Origin: Nostoc sp.
GTDB lineage: Bacteria > Cyanobacteriota > Cyanobacteriia > Cyanobacteriales > Nostocaceae
Direction: 5' to 3'
DNA: 64,000 bases
Assembly: GCA_036918135.1 (NCBI GenBank)
Contig: JBALDB010000046.1
Span: 1-64,000 of the forward strand
The stretch's first letter is position 1. Each line of letters opens with the position of its first letter. Position numbers and translations under genes: made by a program. The notes beneath the pieces were generated by a model. The model had not been told where the DNA came from, did no database searches, and saw only the letters and a program-made list of their open reading frames with translations. Shown here piece by piece: positions 1 through 11,346 of this stretch.

Positions 1-32
1 TCTTTTCGCTTCGCTCTCTCAGGCACTTATTC

Positions 33-61
33 AATATAACGAACCCAATCAAAAGTGTCAA
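33..61 (-). promoter_or_regulatory. Near-consensus sigma70 promoter firing leftward out of the window (possibly an rRNA operon promoter)
   Basis: The minus strand reads TTGACA (61-56), 17 nt, TATATT (38-33), with an A-rich tract upstream. The target lies outside the window. Confidence 0.7.
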
Positions 62-172
62 CCACTTTGACTAACTTTTTTTGCCTTTTTTTGAGGAGGC
101 TGTAACTCCCCATACTGAAGGATTGTAAGCAACAATGATTTATGCAATACGCTGACTAAGGAAGTATAGAGC

Positions 173-1051
173 GTGAATTTTCAATCAGTAATAGCCTTGT
201 TGCATCAGTTTTGGGCCGATCGTGGTTGCTTGATTGCTCAGCCTTACGACATTGAAAAGGGAGCAGGCACTAAAAATCCTCAGACATTTTTAAGAGCATT
301 GGGACCAGAACCGTGGGCTGTTGCCTATGTCGAGCCGTGTCGTCGTCCGACAGATGGACGCTACGGTGAGAACCCTAACCGCTTTCAACACTATTATCAG
401 TATCAAGTCTTAATTAAGCCGTCGCCAGATAATATTCAAGAGATTTATCTAGATTCATTAAGGGCCTTAGGGATTCGTCCTGAAGACCATGATATTCGGT
501 TTGTAGAAGATAACTGGGAGGATGCAACAGTGGGAGCTTGGGGCACTGGGTGGGAAGTCTGGTTAGATGGGATGGAAATTACTCAATTTACCTATTTCCA
601 ACAGTGTGGGGGAATTGATTGCCGTCCGGTGTCGATTGAGATTACATACGGGTTAGAGCGACTGACAATGTATCTCCAGCAAGTAGAAGCATTTACAAAG
701 ATTCAATGGACAGACAACATTACTTATGGAGATGTTTTCCTGCAAAGTGAGATTGAGCAGTGTGTTTATAACTTTGAAGCATCGAATCCTGAAATGCTAT
801 TAACACTATTTAATTTGTATGAGCAGGAAGCTAACCAATTGACAGAGCGAGGATTGGTCTTACCTACCTTAGATTATGTAATGAAGTGTTCCCACACCTT
901 TAATTTACTGGATGCTAGAGGTGTAATTTCCGTGACTGAGAGAACTCGCTACATTGCTAGAATTCGGCATTTGGCGCGGAAGGTGGCTCATTTATATGTC
1001 GAGCAAAGGGAGAAGTTGGGTTTTCCGTTGCTCAAAGATACAGTGAATTAA
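173..1051 (+). CDS. glyQ: Glycine--tRNA ligase alpha subunit
   Basis: Signature motifs [24 protein letters not shown] and [12 protein letters not shown]. Confidence 0.98.
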   Translation: MNFQSVIALLHQFWADRGCLIAQPYDIEKGAGTKNPQTFLRALGPEPWAVAYVEPCRRPTDGRYGENPNRFQHYYQYQVLIKPSPDNIQEIYLDSLRALGIRPEDHDIRFVEDNWEDATVGAWGTGWEVWLDGMEITQFTYFQQCGGIDCRPVSIEITYGLERLTMYLQQVEAFTKIQWTDNITYGDVFLQSEIEQCVYNFEASNPEMLLTLFNLYEQEANQLTERGLVLPTLDYVMKCSHTFNLLDARGVISVTERTRYIARIRHLARKVAHLYVEQREKLGFPLLKDTVN

Positions 1052-1331
1052 ACAATGACTCTGACACTATCAAGAGTCTTGTTACTAAGTGGCAAGCTTC
1101 CTTGCAAAGGTTATCAGTTGAACTAGTGCTATTAGTGTTGCTAGTCTAATAGTCAAATTTCTTTAAGTGGATTTGCAGAAAATCAAAAAGGGTTACAGGC
1201 AGTTTATACATATCTGGCCACTTTAGGGATTTGTATTTTTTCTCCATACTGCACTGAGATTTAAGCTGAGTATCTCTATTACTAACAGTCGTAAATACTA
1301 CTAAAACCTCACTCTAAGCCATTAAAAACAC

Positions 1332-1361
1332 AAACAAAGCCTGCACATGCGGGCTTTGTTT
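1332..1361. terminator. Hairpin/likely intrinsic terminator
   Basis: Inverted repeat AAACAAAGCCTGCA-CA-TGCGGGCTTTGTTT downstream of glyQ. Confidence 0.55.
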
Positions 1362-1639
1362 ATATAAATCTTGATGGAGTATACTTCACCATAAGTATAA
1401 ATTTTTTCGGGTTGCTGATTAAAGAAATGAAAAGTTCATGTACACAGAAGTTTGAGCACTAACTTTTCCAGTTGGCTTAGCCCACCGTATCCTTATGGAG
1501 AAACAAGCTACCCTAGAGCTAAGGTTTGCTCAGCTTAGAACTTCGGTCTTAACAAGAGTTTGAGAGCTTTCTTACATAAGTCTTATATTTTTAAGTTAGC
1601 TGCCAATTCTATTTGCCAGGTGCTTTTACAAAAAATCTT

Positions 1640-3997
1640 ATGATTCAAACCAGTGGTGTAATTATTTGTCTTGCCTACATTATTGGGTTGCTATTTACAG
1701 CAATTCCTTGGGGTGGTGCGTGGATTTTGATTTTAGGGATAGTAGGAGCAATTTTTTTGAGAAGACGCTACTTCATCTCAAAGAAACTTGCTCAGAAACC
1801 AGAAAATGGTCGAGGGAAAACTAAGGGAGTGCTTAACACCTGGCAAAGTAGTCCCCATCCTAGAATATGGCTAGCTGCTGGTTTGGTGGGACTGTTGGCA
1901 ACTCTGTATTTTCAATGGCGAGTACCGCAACCAGGTGCAAAGGATATTAGTCAGTTCGTTCCGCCTGGAAATAGTAGTAATCAAGAACAACTTGTAATTG
2001 TTCGCGGCGAAGTGGCAAGTAATCCTCGCTTAACTCGCAGTCACCGGGGACAATTTTGGCTGGAAGCGACTCAGTTAGATGAAGTCAAAAATGAAAAAGG
2101 TTCAGCAGGTGTCCCAAAAGGAGTGACAGGCAAATTGTATGTAACAGTGCCTATACTTCAGGCTACAGGTTTATACCCTAGTCAACAAATCGCTGTGACT
2201 GGAATTTTATACAAACCAAAGGCGGCTTCCAATCCTGGTGGTTTCGATTTTCAAAAGTTTCTCAAGCAAGAAGGAACATTCGCTGGTTTGATTGGACGAC
2301 AAATCAATGTTTTAGAACAAGAACGTAAATGGGGTTGGTGGCAAATTCGGCAACGAATTGTGCGATCGCAAGTTCGTAGCTTAGGTATTCCAGAAGGACC
2401 ACTTGTCAGTGCAATGGTTTTAGGTAGCAAAGCTGTGGATTTACCCTATGATATCCGCGATTTGTTTGTACAAGCAGGATTAGCTCATGCTTTAGCTGCT
2501 TCCGGGTTTCAAACTTCGTTGATTTTAAGTGTAATTTTACAGTTAACTAAGGGTACAAGGAAAGGAACACAATTTACGCTTGGGTTTTTGGCTTTAATCA
2601 TTTTTCTGAGTTTAACAGGTTTTCAACCTGCGGTTCTCAGAGCCGTAATTATGGGTTTTGCAGCATTAATTGGTTTGTTATTAAAAAGGAAGGTAAAACA
2701 GTTGGGTTCGCTGTTATCAGCAGCAACACTCTTATTACTATTTAATCCGCTATGGATTTGGGATTTAGGTTTTCAATTGAGTTTTTTAGCAACACTGGGA
2801 TTAGTTGTAACAGTACCTGCAATTATCGAGCGTTTAAATTGGTTACCACCTGCGATCGCTTCTTTGATTGCTGTTCCTCTAGCTGCTACTATTTGGACTT
2901 TACCCGTGCAACTTTTCATCTTTGGAGTTGTACCAACCTACAGTCTATTACTGAATGTGGTTAGTACTCCATTAATTTCTATTATTAGTATAGGTGGTAT
3001 CATTAGTGCCATAGGAGCATTAATTTTTACAGAGTTAGGAAGCTTTTTGGCTGGACTGTTGCATTACCCCACTGATTGGCTAATTAAACTAGTAGAATTT
3101 TTTAGCAATTTGCCAGGAAACTCTGTTGCTGTGGGTAGTATCTCTACTTGGCAACTGCTAATAATTTATGGACTAATTATCTTAGTTTGCTTAGTACGTT
3201 GGTGGCAGCGCCAGTGGTGGTTTGCTAGTGTAATTGCGGTTGGTTTAGTAATCATCCCCCTATGGCATTCTGCAAATACATTATTTAGGATAACGATATT
3301 AGAGTCTGGTACTGAACCAATTATAGTTGTTCAAGACAAAGGAACAGTAACTCTGATTAATAGTGGTGATGAAGGTACAGGACGCTTCACAATTTTACCA
3401 TTTTTACAACAGCAAGGTATAAATCAAATAAATTCGGCAATCGCTACTGATTTTCAAGGTAATGAAAGTAATGGTTGGTTGGAATTAGTACAACGTTTAC
3501 CAATCAAAACTTTTTATGAATATTCCCCAAAACCAGAAAATTCCATTGCTACTCAAGCAATTCAAGAGGAACTACGAAAGCATCAAGGCTCTTACCAACC
3601 ATTACCAGTTGGTCAAGCGGTGCAAACTGGTTCGATAGTTGCACAATTAATCAATAACGAATTACCTATTTTACAATTGCAAATTTTAGAGCAAAACTGG
3701 TTGTTAGTAGGTAATATCAAGTCTCAAGAGGTGCAACAATTAGTTAAAAATGGAAGTTTGCCTCGTCCACAAGTTTTATGGTGCGATCCTCAGGCTTTGA
3801 AAAATTTAGTTCTTACTCTGCAACCAAAAGTGGCGATCGCTTCTGCTGCCAATTTTGATAAAAATACTTTATCTGAACTCAATCAAAGTCAAACAAAACT
3901 GTTCTTCACAGGACGAGATGGGGCTATTCAATGGTCTCCAGAACGGGAGTTTGAGGCGTTTATTGAAGCATCTGAAAATCAGGGTTCTGTTTTATAA
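1640..3997 (+). CDS. comEC: ComEC/Rec2 competence DNA-uptake channel
   Basis: NPGGFDF, GLAHALAASG and GFQLSFLAT motifs, many TM helices and a degenerate beta-lactamase-like C-terminus. ATG 1640 preferred over TTG 1613. Confidence 0.93.
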   Translation: MIQTSGVIICLAYIIGLLFTAIPWGGAWILILGIVGAIFLRRRYFISKKLAQKPENGRGKTKGVLNTWQSSPHPRIWLAAGLVGLLATLYFQWRVPQPGAKDISQFVPPGNSSNQEQLVIVRGEVASNPRLTRSHRGQFWLEATQLDEVKNEKGSAGVPKGVTGKLYVTVPILQATGLYPSQQIAVTGILYKPKAASNPGGFDFQKFLKQEGTFAGLIGRQINVLEQERKWGWWQIRQRIVRSQVRSLGIPEGPLVSAMVLGSKAVDLPYDIRDLFVQAGLAHALAASGFQTSLILSVILQLTKGTRKGTQFTLGFLALIIFLSLTGFQPAVLRAVIMGFAALIGLLLKRKVKQLGSLLSAATLLLLFNPLWIWDLGFQLSFLATLGLVVTVPAIIERLNWLPPAIASLIAVPLAATIWTLPVQLFIFGVVPTYSLLLNVVSTPLISIISIGGIISAIGALIFTELGSFLAGLLHYPTDWLIKLVEFFSNLPGNSVAVGSISTWQLLIIYGLIILVCLVRWWQRQWWFASVIAVGLVIIPLWHSANTLFRITILESGTEPIIVVQDKGTVTLINSGDEGTGRFTILPFLQQQGINQINSAIATDFQGNESNGWLELVQRLPIKTFYEYSPKPENSIATQAIQEELRKHQGSYQPLPVGQAVQTGSIVAQLINNELPILQLQILEQNWLLVGNIKSQEVQQLVKNGSLPRPQVLWCDPQALKNLVLTLQPKVAIASAANFDKNTLSELNQSQTKLFFTGRDGAIQWSPEREFEAFIEASENQGSVL

Positions 3998-4152
3998 TAT
4001 CGGTTTTAAATAAGTAAACTTAAATATACTAATTTATTTGGCAAAATGTAGTAGTGGCAACATCTATATAAATCTACTACTATTAAATAATTTGATTAAT
4101 AGAATAGCAAGAGCTATTAGGTTTTTTTAGTATTTAAATTGAATTAGACTTT

Positions 4153-4611
4153 ATGGCAATCTACTTTTACAGTACTCGCGAACAATATGGCTGTTTTTCT
4201 AACTTTTCGCCCCACGGCTTTGAGTTAGATGGATTATATTGGCTGACTAGCAAACACTACTTTCAAGCACAAAAGTTTATCAATACACCTCATGCAGAAC
4301 AAATCCGCTTGGTTAAAACGCCTAAAGATGCGGCAAGAATGGGGCGTGAAAGAACCCGTCCTTTACGTCAAGATTGGGAACAAGTTAAAGATGACATTAT
4401 GCGCCAAGCCGTACTACGTAAATTTCAAACTCATGTAGATATCAGGGATATTTTACTTTCCACAGGTGATGAAGAAATTGTTGAAAATTCGCCCATTGAT
4501 TTTTACTGGGGTTGCGGCTCAGATGGTAGTGGTAAAAATATGCTAGGAAAAATTCTCATGGGAGTGCGAGAGACCCTCCGCTGTACCTACAGTACAGATC
4601 GTGATATATAG
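4153..4611 (+). CDS. NADAR (YbiA-like) family protein; conserved Glu replaced by Lys34
   Basis: FSNF...HYFQAQKF...R.DWEQVKDDIM...VENSP.D.YWG.G.DGSGKNMLGKILM. Confidence 0.92.
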   Translation: MAIYFYSTREQYGCFSNFSPHGFELDGLYWLTSKHYFQAQKFINTPHAEQIRLVKTPKDAARMGRERTRPLRQDWEQVKDDIMRQAVLRKFQTHVDIRDILLSTGDEEIVENSPIDFYWGCGSDGSGKNMLGKILMGVRETLRCTYSTDRDI

Positions 4612-4695
4612 CAATCCTATTTGAGTTTTGAAATTAGTTGTAGAGGCAGGTAATAAGCAACAAATTTTTTTTACGAATTATTTAGGATTGCTGTA
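4607..4695. mobile_element. MITE-like element with terminal inverted repeats
   Basis: Ends TATAGCAATCCTA ... TAGGATTGCTGTA, about 89 bp, non-coding. It overlaps the NADAR stop codon. Confidence 0.65.
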
Positions 4696-5006
4696 TGAAA
4701 ATAGCTTGTTGCCGAACTTCAGTCTGTTAGTTTAGAGTATTTCACTTTAAAAGTTGCTTGTTGGCTAAGTGAGTAGACAACTGAAGTTATGCTTGTTGAG
4801 GAGTAGAAACTCAAGCATCAATACTTTATCTATCAGCTCTCATCGCTACTATCCTCAACGACGCGATTCAATACAAGCGGCATCAAACTGACATTATTCA
4901 CAATACAAGTATTTGATATCTACGCTTTGATAAATCAGCTTTATGAAAGATGCATCCTGGTTTTGGGAACACTAGATTTACCACCAGACTAAATAGGAAG
5001 GGGTTA

Positions 5007-6104
5007 ATGTCTAAAAACGGATGGAATAATAGATCGAAAAATACAGTTCCCCTGCAATTACCCACAACTTACCTAAAACCAGTGAAGCGCAATACAATTA
5101 CCCATGAATTTGACTCTGGTTCACAAGTAGAAATACCACTACCACAAGAAAGTGACGAACATTTATCGGAAGCATCTGCGCTGTTACGACAAGGTATTCA
5201 ACAGCAGCAAGCTGGTGAATTAATAGCGGCGATGAAGTCTTTACAACAATCCTTGGTACTATTTCAGGCAGCTAAGGATTTACAAAAACAGGCACAGGTA
5301 CTTTCTTTTTTAGGTTTGGTAACTTACAGCGCAGGAGACTACAAGAGTGCTATCTCCTACTCTCAAAAGTGTATGTCTTTAAGTGAGGAAACTTCAGATT
5401 TAGCATTACAGATGCAAGCACTTTCGCATTTAGGCAATGCGTACCGCCATTTAAATGAACATAACAAGGCAATTGAGTTTCTAAAAAAATGTTTGAAAAT
5501 AACCCAACAGCTACAAGACAAACGCAGTCAAGTAGCAGCACTGAATAACTTAGGATTAGTATATAAAGCTTTAAGTAAATTTACACAAGCTATTAAGCAT
5601 CAACAACAAAGCCTAGAAATTGTGCGCGAACTCAAAGATAATTGGGGCGAGGAACAGGTACTCAAGAATTTAGGTAATGCTTGGTATGCTTTAGACAATT
5701 ATCCAAAAGCGATCGCCTACTATGAGCAATGTGTAGTACTAGCACGCTCCTTAAAAAATGTTCGCAGCGCTTCTCAAGTACTAAAAAATTTAGGTAATGC
5801 TTGTTATGCCTTAGGTGATTATACCAAAGCTATTAAGTATTATGAGGAACGCTTACAATTAGCCAGAGAAATTCAAGATCAGCGCAGCGAAGAACAGTCC
5901 TTAGGCAGTTTAGGAGTTGCTTGTGAAGCCTTAGGGGATCATCACAGAGCAATTACATATTATGAAGAACGTCTACACTTAGCTAGGACAATCAAAGATC
6001 GGCGTAGTGAAGAACAAGCTCTTGCCAGTCTCAGAGTCGCTTGCTACGCTTTGGGCGATTATGCTAAAGCCATGCAATACCAGCAGGGGACTCCAAATAG
6101 TTAA
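5007..6104 (+). CDS. Tetratricopeptide repeat protein
   Basis: Repeated L..LG.AY..LG.Y.KAI.YY motifs. ATG 5007 follows a purine-rich RBS (ORF open from 4950). Confidence 0.9.
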   Translation: MSKNGWNNRSKNTVPLQLPTTYLKPVKRNTITHEFDSGSQVEIPLPQESDEHLSEASALLRQGIQQQQAGELIAAMKSLQQSLVLFQAAKDLQKQAQVLSFLGLVTYSAGDYKSAISYSQKCMSLSEETSDLALQMQALSHLGNAYRHLNEHNKAIEFLKKCLKITQQLQDKRSQVAALNNLGLVYKALSKFTQAIKHQQQSLEIVRELKDNWGEEQVLKNLGNAWYALDNYPKAIAYYEQCVVLARSLKNVRSASQVLKNLGNACYALGDYTKAIKYYEERLQLAREIQDQRSEEQSLGSLGVACEALGDHHRAITYYEERLHLARTIKDRRSEEQALASLRVACYALGDYAKAMQYQQGTPNS

Positions 6105-6172
6105 TATCATGTCTAGCTAAATACTTATAGCGAATCCGTCTGTGATAATCATTTTTAAAATTGGTATAACTT

Positions 6173-7264
6173 TTATTTACTTGCTCTGAGTTGTCCACAA
6201 GCAGCATCAGCTTCTAAACCACGCGAGTAACGGACACTAACAGCAATTTGTTGTTGCTTGAGAATATTGACAAATGCTTGAATGCGATCGCGGTTGGGGC
6301 GTTTGTAGTCTACTTCTTGGATGGGATTGTAAGGAATTAAATTCACATGACTTTGAAATCCGCGCAAACGTTTGGCTAGTTCTAATGCATGTTCTGGCAA
6401 ATCATTCACATCAGCCAGGAGAATATATTCAAAGGTAACGCGGCGTCCAGTGATTTCTACATATTCTCGACATTCAGCCAGCAAATCTTCTAGAGGATAA
6501 GCGCGGGCGCTGGGGATGAGTTTTTCTCGCAATGCTTGGTTAGGTGCATGGAGACTAACTGCAAGAGTGATTTGCAAATGGTGTTGCGCGAACTGACGGA
6601 TACGATCGCGAATCCCAACTGTAGAAACAGTTAGCGATCGCTGCCCAATACCAACATCTTGATTGAGAGATTTCAGGGCAGCCAAGACATTCTCAGTATT
6701 CAACAACGGCTCACCCAGTCCCATAAACACGACATTACTAACCCGTTGCTGAAAATCTTCTTGTACAGTCAACACCTGATCGATAATTTCGTGCCGTGCT
6801 AGGTTGCGTTTGTAGCCTCCCTTGCCAGTAGCGCAGAAATCACACGCCATTGGGCAGCCCACCTGAGTAGAAACGCAAACTGTCAAACGGGCTTTTGGAC
6901 CTTCTCCTCTTTGTCCGAAGGTGGGGATGCCAACAGTTTCAATAATTTGTCCGTCTGCTAATTGTAAAAGATATTTCACCGTACCATCGGGTGCCACAGA
7001 GCGGTAGTGTAAAGTTGAGCGGCCAATGGGAATTTCTGCTACTTCTTTGCGCCATTGCTTGGAGAATACAGAAATATCAGCTAGCGATCGCACCCCCTTG
7101 TGATATATCCATTCATGTAATTGCTTTCCTCTATAAGCAGGTTGTCCCTGTTCCTGCACCCAAGCAGTTAACTCCGCAACGTTTGCACCAAGTAGGGGAG
7201 GAAGTAATGCTGATTTAACTGAATTGTGTAAGTCAACCTGAGATATAAGAGGCGTAGCAGACAT
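6173..7264 (-). CDS. rlmN: 23S rRNA m2A2503 methyltransferase (radical SAM)
   Basis: [34 protein letters not shown]. Confidence 0.97.
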   Translation of the reverse strand: MSATPLISQVDLHNSVKSALLPPLLGANVAELTAWVQEQGQPAYRGKQLHEWIYHKGVRSLADISVFSKQWRKEVAEIPIGRSTLHYRSVAPDGTVKYLLQLADGQIIETVGIPTFGQRGEGPKARLTVCVSTQVGCPMACDFCATGKGGYKRNLARHEIIDQVLTVQEDFQQRVSNVVFMGLGEPLLNTENVLAALKSLNQDVGIGQRSLTVSTVGIRDRIRQFAQHHLQITLAVSLHAPNQALREKLIPSARAYPLEDLLAECREYVEITGRRVTFEYILLADVNDLPEHALELAKRLRGFQSHVNLIPYNPIQEVDYKRPNRDRIQAFVNILKQQQIAVSVRYSRGLEADAACGQLRASK

Positions 7265-7342
7265 AACAAATTACGAATTGATGCTGGATCTCTATCCTAC
7301 ACCTGCTGGATCGAGTTCGTCTTTACTAAAGAACACGACAAA

Positions 7343-7696
7343 TTAACCAAAGGTAGTGCCGTTCCAGCCCCACATAGCACCTTTAGCGTCTGCAAATTCT
7401 ATATAAATTCGATTTTTCGGCACACCCAGGGTTTGGTTAATTTGCTGACAAAAATCTTCACTCATTGCTTTAGTTTGGTCTGGCTTCATCGAGCCAACGC
7501 TCTTAATTTCAATGTAGCAAACTGGGTCTGTATTGCCAGCGAAAGTCATAGGAATTACTGGTTCAAAAGCAGTCATTACATAAGATTCTGGTTTTCCTAA
7601 ATATTTAGCTAACTTGGCTGATAGACTCAAAAGCATTGATTCAATTTCAGCTTTTTGAGGAGCAGATGCAGAAGTTTGGACTTTAATTAATGGCAT
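7343..7696 (-). CDS. MIF/phenylpyruvate tautomerase family protein
   Basis: N-terminal catalytic Pro (MPLIK), GKPESYVM, RIYIEF.D, WGWNG.TF. Confidence 0.9.
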   Translation of the reverse strand: MPLIKVQTSASAPQKAEIESMLLSLSAKLAKYLGKPESYVMTAFEPVIPMTFAGNTDPVCYIEIKSVGSMKPDQTKAMSEDFCQQINQTLGVPKNRIYIEFADAKGAMWGWNGTTFG

Positions 7697-7785
7697 ATAG
7701 GACTCCTTTTATATTTATGAACGTTAACTCCTAAACAGAGGTAACAGTGAAGATTAATTGCCTTTTGCCTGTCGGCTATTATCTA

Positions 7786-8607
7786 TTAATGAGACGAACG
7801 AAATAGATGATTATGTTCGGGATGATATAAACGCGATCGCGCTATTGTTGGCGAAAGTGCTGGACTGATTATATAAAGTGTGGTGCGAATTAGTTTTTCT
7901 TGATGAGTACAGTCTGCCATTTGATTGAGAGGAACAATCCTAATTTTTTCATCCGGCCAGCTGATGCGAAAGCAAATTGCCACTAAGGTTTCGGCTGGGT
8001 AATGTTCGAGTAGTTTGATTTGGGCATTTTCTACATGACGCGCACTCAAGTATAGGCAAAGGCTAGCCTGATGTGCTGCTAGAGAGGCTAATTCTTCTGA
8101 GGCAGGCACTTCTGTACGTCCGCTGATGCGTGTCAAAATAATGGTTTGGACTAAACCAGGTACAGTCAATTCTGTTTTGAGTTTGGCAGCAGCGGCTTGA
8201 AAAGCGCTGATACCAGGTATGACTTCAAAAGGAATATTTGCCTCTGCTAGGAGGTGCATTTGCTCGTGGATAGCGCTGTAAAGACAGGGATCGCCGGAAT
8301 GGAGACGGACTAGAGATTTGTGTTGCGATCGCACCTTTTCCACCATTATTGCCAAAATCTCTTCTAAAGTTTGATTTGCAGTTCTAATTATCTCGGCATC
8401 TTTTCGACAAATTTCTAAAATCTGTTCTGGTACTAAAGAATCAGCAAATAAAATCACATCAGCAACAGCTAATAGTTTCTGCGCCTTTACTGTAAGTAAA
8501 TCTGGATCTCCAGGGCCTGCTCCAACAATGTACACAGATGGTTCTATAGCGTATAGTGTTTTTTTATAACTCAAGTTTTCTGTATATTCATCTTTAGAAG
8601 CACGCAC
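7786..8607 (-). CDS. cobM: Precorrin-4 C11-methyltransferase
   Basis: VGAGPGDPDLLT, ADSLV, RLHSGDP, VIPGISAFQAAAA. Confidence 0.93.
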   Translation of the reverse strand: MRASKDEYTENLSYKKTLYAIEPSVYIVGAGPGDPDLLTVKAQKLLAVADVILFADSLVPEQILEICRKDAEIIRTANQTLEEILAIMVEKVRSQHKSLVRLHSGDPCLYSAIHEQMHLLAEANIPFEVIPGISAFQAAAAKLKTELTVPGLVQTIILTRISGRTEVPASEELASLAAHQASLCLYLSARHVENAQIKLLEHYPAETLVAICFRISWPDEKIRIVPLNQMADCTHQEKLIRTTLYIISPALSPTIARSRLYHPEHNHLFRSSH

Positions 8608-8649
8608 GGCAAACTCTCAAAAATTTTTTTAGGATTTTCTCAGTATCTT

Positions 8650-8655
8650 TCCGGA
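8650..8655 (+). promoter_or_regulatory. DIF1 motif (TCCGGA) of a heterocyst-specific promoter
   Basis: TCCGGA lies about 35 nt upstream of GGTAGATGCACC and is followed after 17 nt by GTAG. Confidence 0.7.
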
Positions 8656-8683
8656 TTCACCCTCTTTCCCTAGTAGAGAGTAA

Positions 8684-8733
8684 TGGTAGATGCACCCTGG
8701 TTAAGCCCTAGAGAAAACTCTGGGGCATTTTTT
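8684..8733 (+). ncRNA. nsiR1: NsiR1-like heterocyst-specific small RNA (single copy)
   Basis: The 5' sequence GGTAGATGCACC matches my recollection of the NsiR1 conserved end. DIF1 box at -35; terminator GCCCTAGAG-AAAA-CTCTGGGGC followed by a T-run. Confidence 0.75.
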
Positions 8734-8797
8734 ATTTTGGGCATAGAGCATAGGGCATTAGAAGTACTAAGTTAGGAGTTGCTCTCCCCACACTTGT

Positions 8798-9673
8798 TCA
8801 TCCCCTTATCTCCCCATCTCCTTTAGAAGTAGAAACTACATCGGGTAAAGGGCGTTTGAGTAAGTAAAGCCAAGCTAACCCAAATAATCCCAGTAAAATT
8901 CCCAGACAACTTACTACTTGTGCCATCCGCAAAGGCCCTAGCATCAGGCTATCAGTGCGAAATCCTTCAATCCACAGGCGTCCTAAGCTGTAGGCTGGCC
9001 AGTAAACTAGAAACAGCGTACCTACTTTCAGGCGTGGCTTGCCAGATAAAGACCGGAAAAATAAAGTTATTAGCAGCCCAAACACAATTAAATCCCACAG
9101 AGATTCGTAAAGGAAGGTGGGATGGAAATAATCAAAATTAACATACTCTAGAGGACGACGTTCTGGTGGAATATATAGCTTCCAAGGTAAATTGGTCGGG
9201 TTGCCAAAAGCTTCAGAGTTGAAAAAATTGCCCCAACGTCCGATCGCCTGCCCTAAAATTAGCGAAGGCGCTACTAAATCCGCTAGTTGCCAGAAAGAAA
9301 CCTGCTTGACTTTGGCAAAAATTAATGCTGCCAAAACTCCACCAATAATCGCTCCGTGAATGGCAATACCTCCTTCCCAGATTGCAAAGATTTTTTCTGG
9401 AGTTGAGGCATATTTAGGCCATTCAAACAAAACGTAATATATCCGTGCGCCTGGAATTGCACCAATTAATAACCAAAAGAACAAATCGCTCAGCAACTCT
9501 GGATTAATATGACGGCGCTTTGCCAAATATTGAGAAAGCGTAACGCCAATTAACACTGCTGTGGCAATCAACAAGCCATACCAGCGAATAGTCAATGGTC
9601 CTATTCTCACCAGAATCGGTCCTGGAGAAGTAAATTGAAACGCCAAGGGCAAGGTGGAAAAATCCAGTGCCAT
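8798..9673 (-). CDS. lgt: Prolipoprotein diacylglyceryl transferase
   Basis: [42 protein letters not shown]. Confidence 0.97.
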   Translation of the reverse strand: MALDFSTLPLAFQFTSPGPILVRIGPLTIRWYGLLIATAVLIGVTLSQYLAKRRHINPELLSDLFFWLLIGAIPGARIYYVLFEWPKYASTPEKIFAIWEGGIAIHGAIIGGVLAALIFAKVKQVSFWQLADLVAPSLILGQAIGRWGNFFNSEAFGNPTNLPWKLYIPPERRPLEYVNFDYFHPTFLYESLWDLIVFGLLITLFFRSLSGKPRLKVGTLFLVYWPAYSLGRLWIEGFRTDSLMLGPLRMAQVVSCLGILLGLFGLAWLYLLKRPLPDVVSTSKGDGEIRG

Positions 9674-9962
9674 GCAAAATTACCTAGAAAAGTTCATTAA
9701 TTAACCGCGCACTTTGGTAAGTACGGAGTTTCTTACCTTGAATACCAGACTAACCTTGAATTCTCTACAAGATTATGAAGACACAGGTACAAATCCGACA
9801 TCCATAATTAGGAGTCTAGTTCCTAACGCTTAGTTGAGCATAACTTGTACCACCAAAACAATTGACTTTAGCATTTTTGCTGAGAGTGCAAGATGATAGA
9901 TTTGAGTAAGTTACACAAAACAATTTCAATATAATCACTTAAATTAAGTTTGATATATCATT

Positions 9963-10514
9963 GTGATTGCGATTTATCCTGGCAGCTTCGACCCCATTAC
10001 CTTAGGACATCTTGACCTCATCCAGCGTGGCAGTCGGCTGTTTGAGCGCGTAATTGTCGCTGTATTGCGGAACCCCAATAAAATGCCACTTTTTAGTGTT
10101 CAGCAAAGGCTAGATCAGATCCGTCTTTCTACACAACATTTACCTAATGTAGAAGTAGATAGCTTTGACGGTCTTACCGTCAATTATGCCCAAATACAGA
10201 ATGCACAAGTTTTGCTACGCGGCTTACGCGCTGTGTCAGATTTTGAAGTGGAACTGCAAATGGCTCACACAAATAAAACTCTTTCTACCCAAATAGAAAC
10301 AGTTTTCCTGGCAACTTCAAATGAGTATAGTTTTTTAAGTAGTAGTGTGGTAAAAGAGATTGCAAGGTTTGGTGGCTCTATCGATCATCTCGTTCCCCCA
10401 CACATTGCCCTAGATATATACCAATGCTACAATCACAACTCTCCAATGTTGAACCCAACCTCAACGGAAGCAACCCCCCCCCTCAAGAGTATGCCGGCAC
10501 ACAGGGAAGCATAG
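9963..10514 (+). CDS. coaD: Phosphopantetheine adenylyltransferase
   Basis: [29 protein letters not shown]. Confidence 0.97.
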   Translation: MIAIYPGSFDPITLGHLDLIQRGSRLFERVIVAVLRNPNKMPLFSVQQRLDQIRLSTQHLPNVEVDSFDGLTVNYAQIQNAQVLLRGLRAVSDFEVELQMAHTNKTLSTQIETVFLATSNEYSFLSSSVVKEIARFGGSIDHLVPPHIALDIYQCYNHNSPMLNPTSTEATPPLKSMPAHREA

Positions 10515-11092
10515 ATATTCAGGAGGAACTCAACCGTTTAGAGGAAATGGTTCTCTCTAGTCTGAGGATTCCCCTGACAGGACGCACACTCATCGATGAA
10601 GAAAAGCTGCTAGATCAGCTTGACTACATCCGGCTTGCTTTGCCAGCACTTTTTCAAGAAGCAGCAGTAATTCTGGGACAAAAGGAGGAAATTCTCCTGG
10701 AAGCAGAAGAATATGGGCAGCAAATAGTTGAAGCCGCCCAAGCAAAAAAAGCGCAAATTTTAGCTGAAAGCGATATTATTCAACAGGCAAAACAAGAAGC
10801 TGAACAAATGCGGCGACAAGTGCAACAAGAGTGTGAGGGAATAATGCAAGAAACTCTGGCTGAAATTGAGCGCAAGCGCTATGCTTGTCAGCAAGAGTTA
10901 GAGCAAATGCGACAAACAGCAATCGCTCACGCTCAAGAAATTGAAGATGGTGCTGATGCATATGCCGACGGTGTTCTAGAAAATATTGAGCAGGATCTTA
11001 AACAAATGTTGCGAATTATCACTAACGGACGGCAACAGTTGCAAGTTGATAACCTGACGCAACGCAATTCATCTCTTGGTAATAAGAGATAG
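10424..11092 (+). CDS. cdv3: DivIVA-like coiled-coil cell division protein (Cdv3)
   Basis: Long coiled coil with [12 protein letters not shown] and GADAYAD motifs. It follows coaD as in other cyanobacteria and overlaps it by 91 nt. Confidence 0.75.
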   Translation: MLQSQLSNVEPNLNGSNPPPQEYAGTQGSIDIQEELNRLEEMVLSSLRIPLTGRTLIDEEKLLDQLDYIRLALPALFQEAAVILGQKEEILLEAEEYGQQIVEAAQAKKAQILAESDIIQQAKQEAEQMRRQVQQECEGIMQETLAEIERKRYACQQELEQMRQTAIAHAQEIEDGADAYADGVLENIEQDLKQMLRIITNGRQQLQVDNLTQRNSSLGNKR

Positions 11093-11346
11093 AGGTTCTC
11101 AGGAAATGGGCAAGAATTTTAGGTTGGGTTTTGCGATCGCTTAACCCAACAATTCCAATCAAAATAACTTTTAGGCTTCTATATTCTTTAATAAAACAGA
11201 ACCCAAATCAAGCTACTATCTGAAATAGGCAAACAGTTTACACAAGGATAAGGAAATGTAGGCAGATTAGAAAAAAGCTTCCCACTCTTCCCACACTCTT
11301 TATTTAATGCTCTATACCCCATTTTCTAGTCAGGATTTTAATTTAG

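Noticed and set aside
8608..8797. Cobalamin riboswitch upstream of cobM
   Set aside because: I see no B12-box-like motifs; the structure is better explained by a plus-strand NsiR1-like unit.
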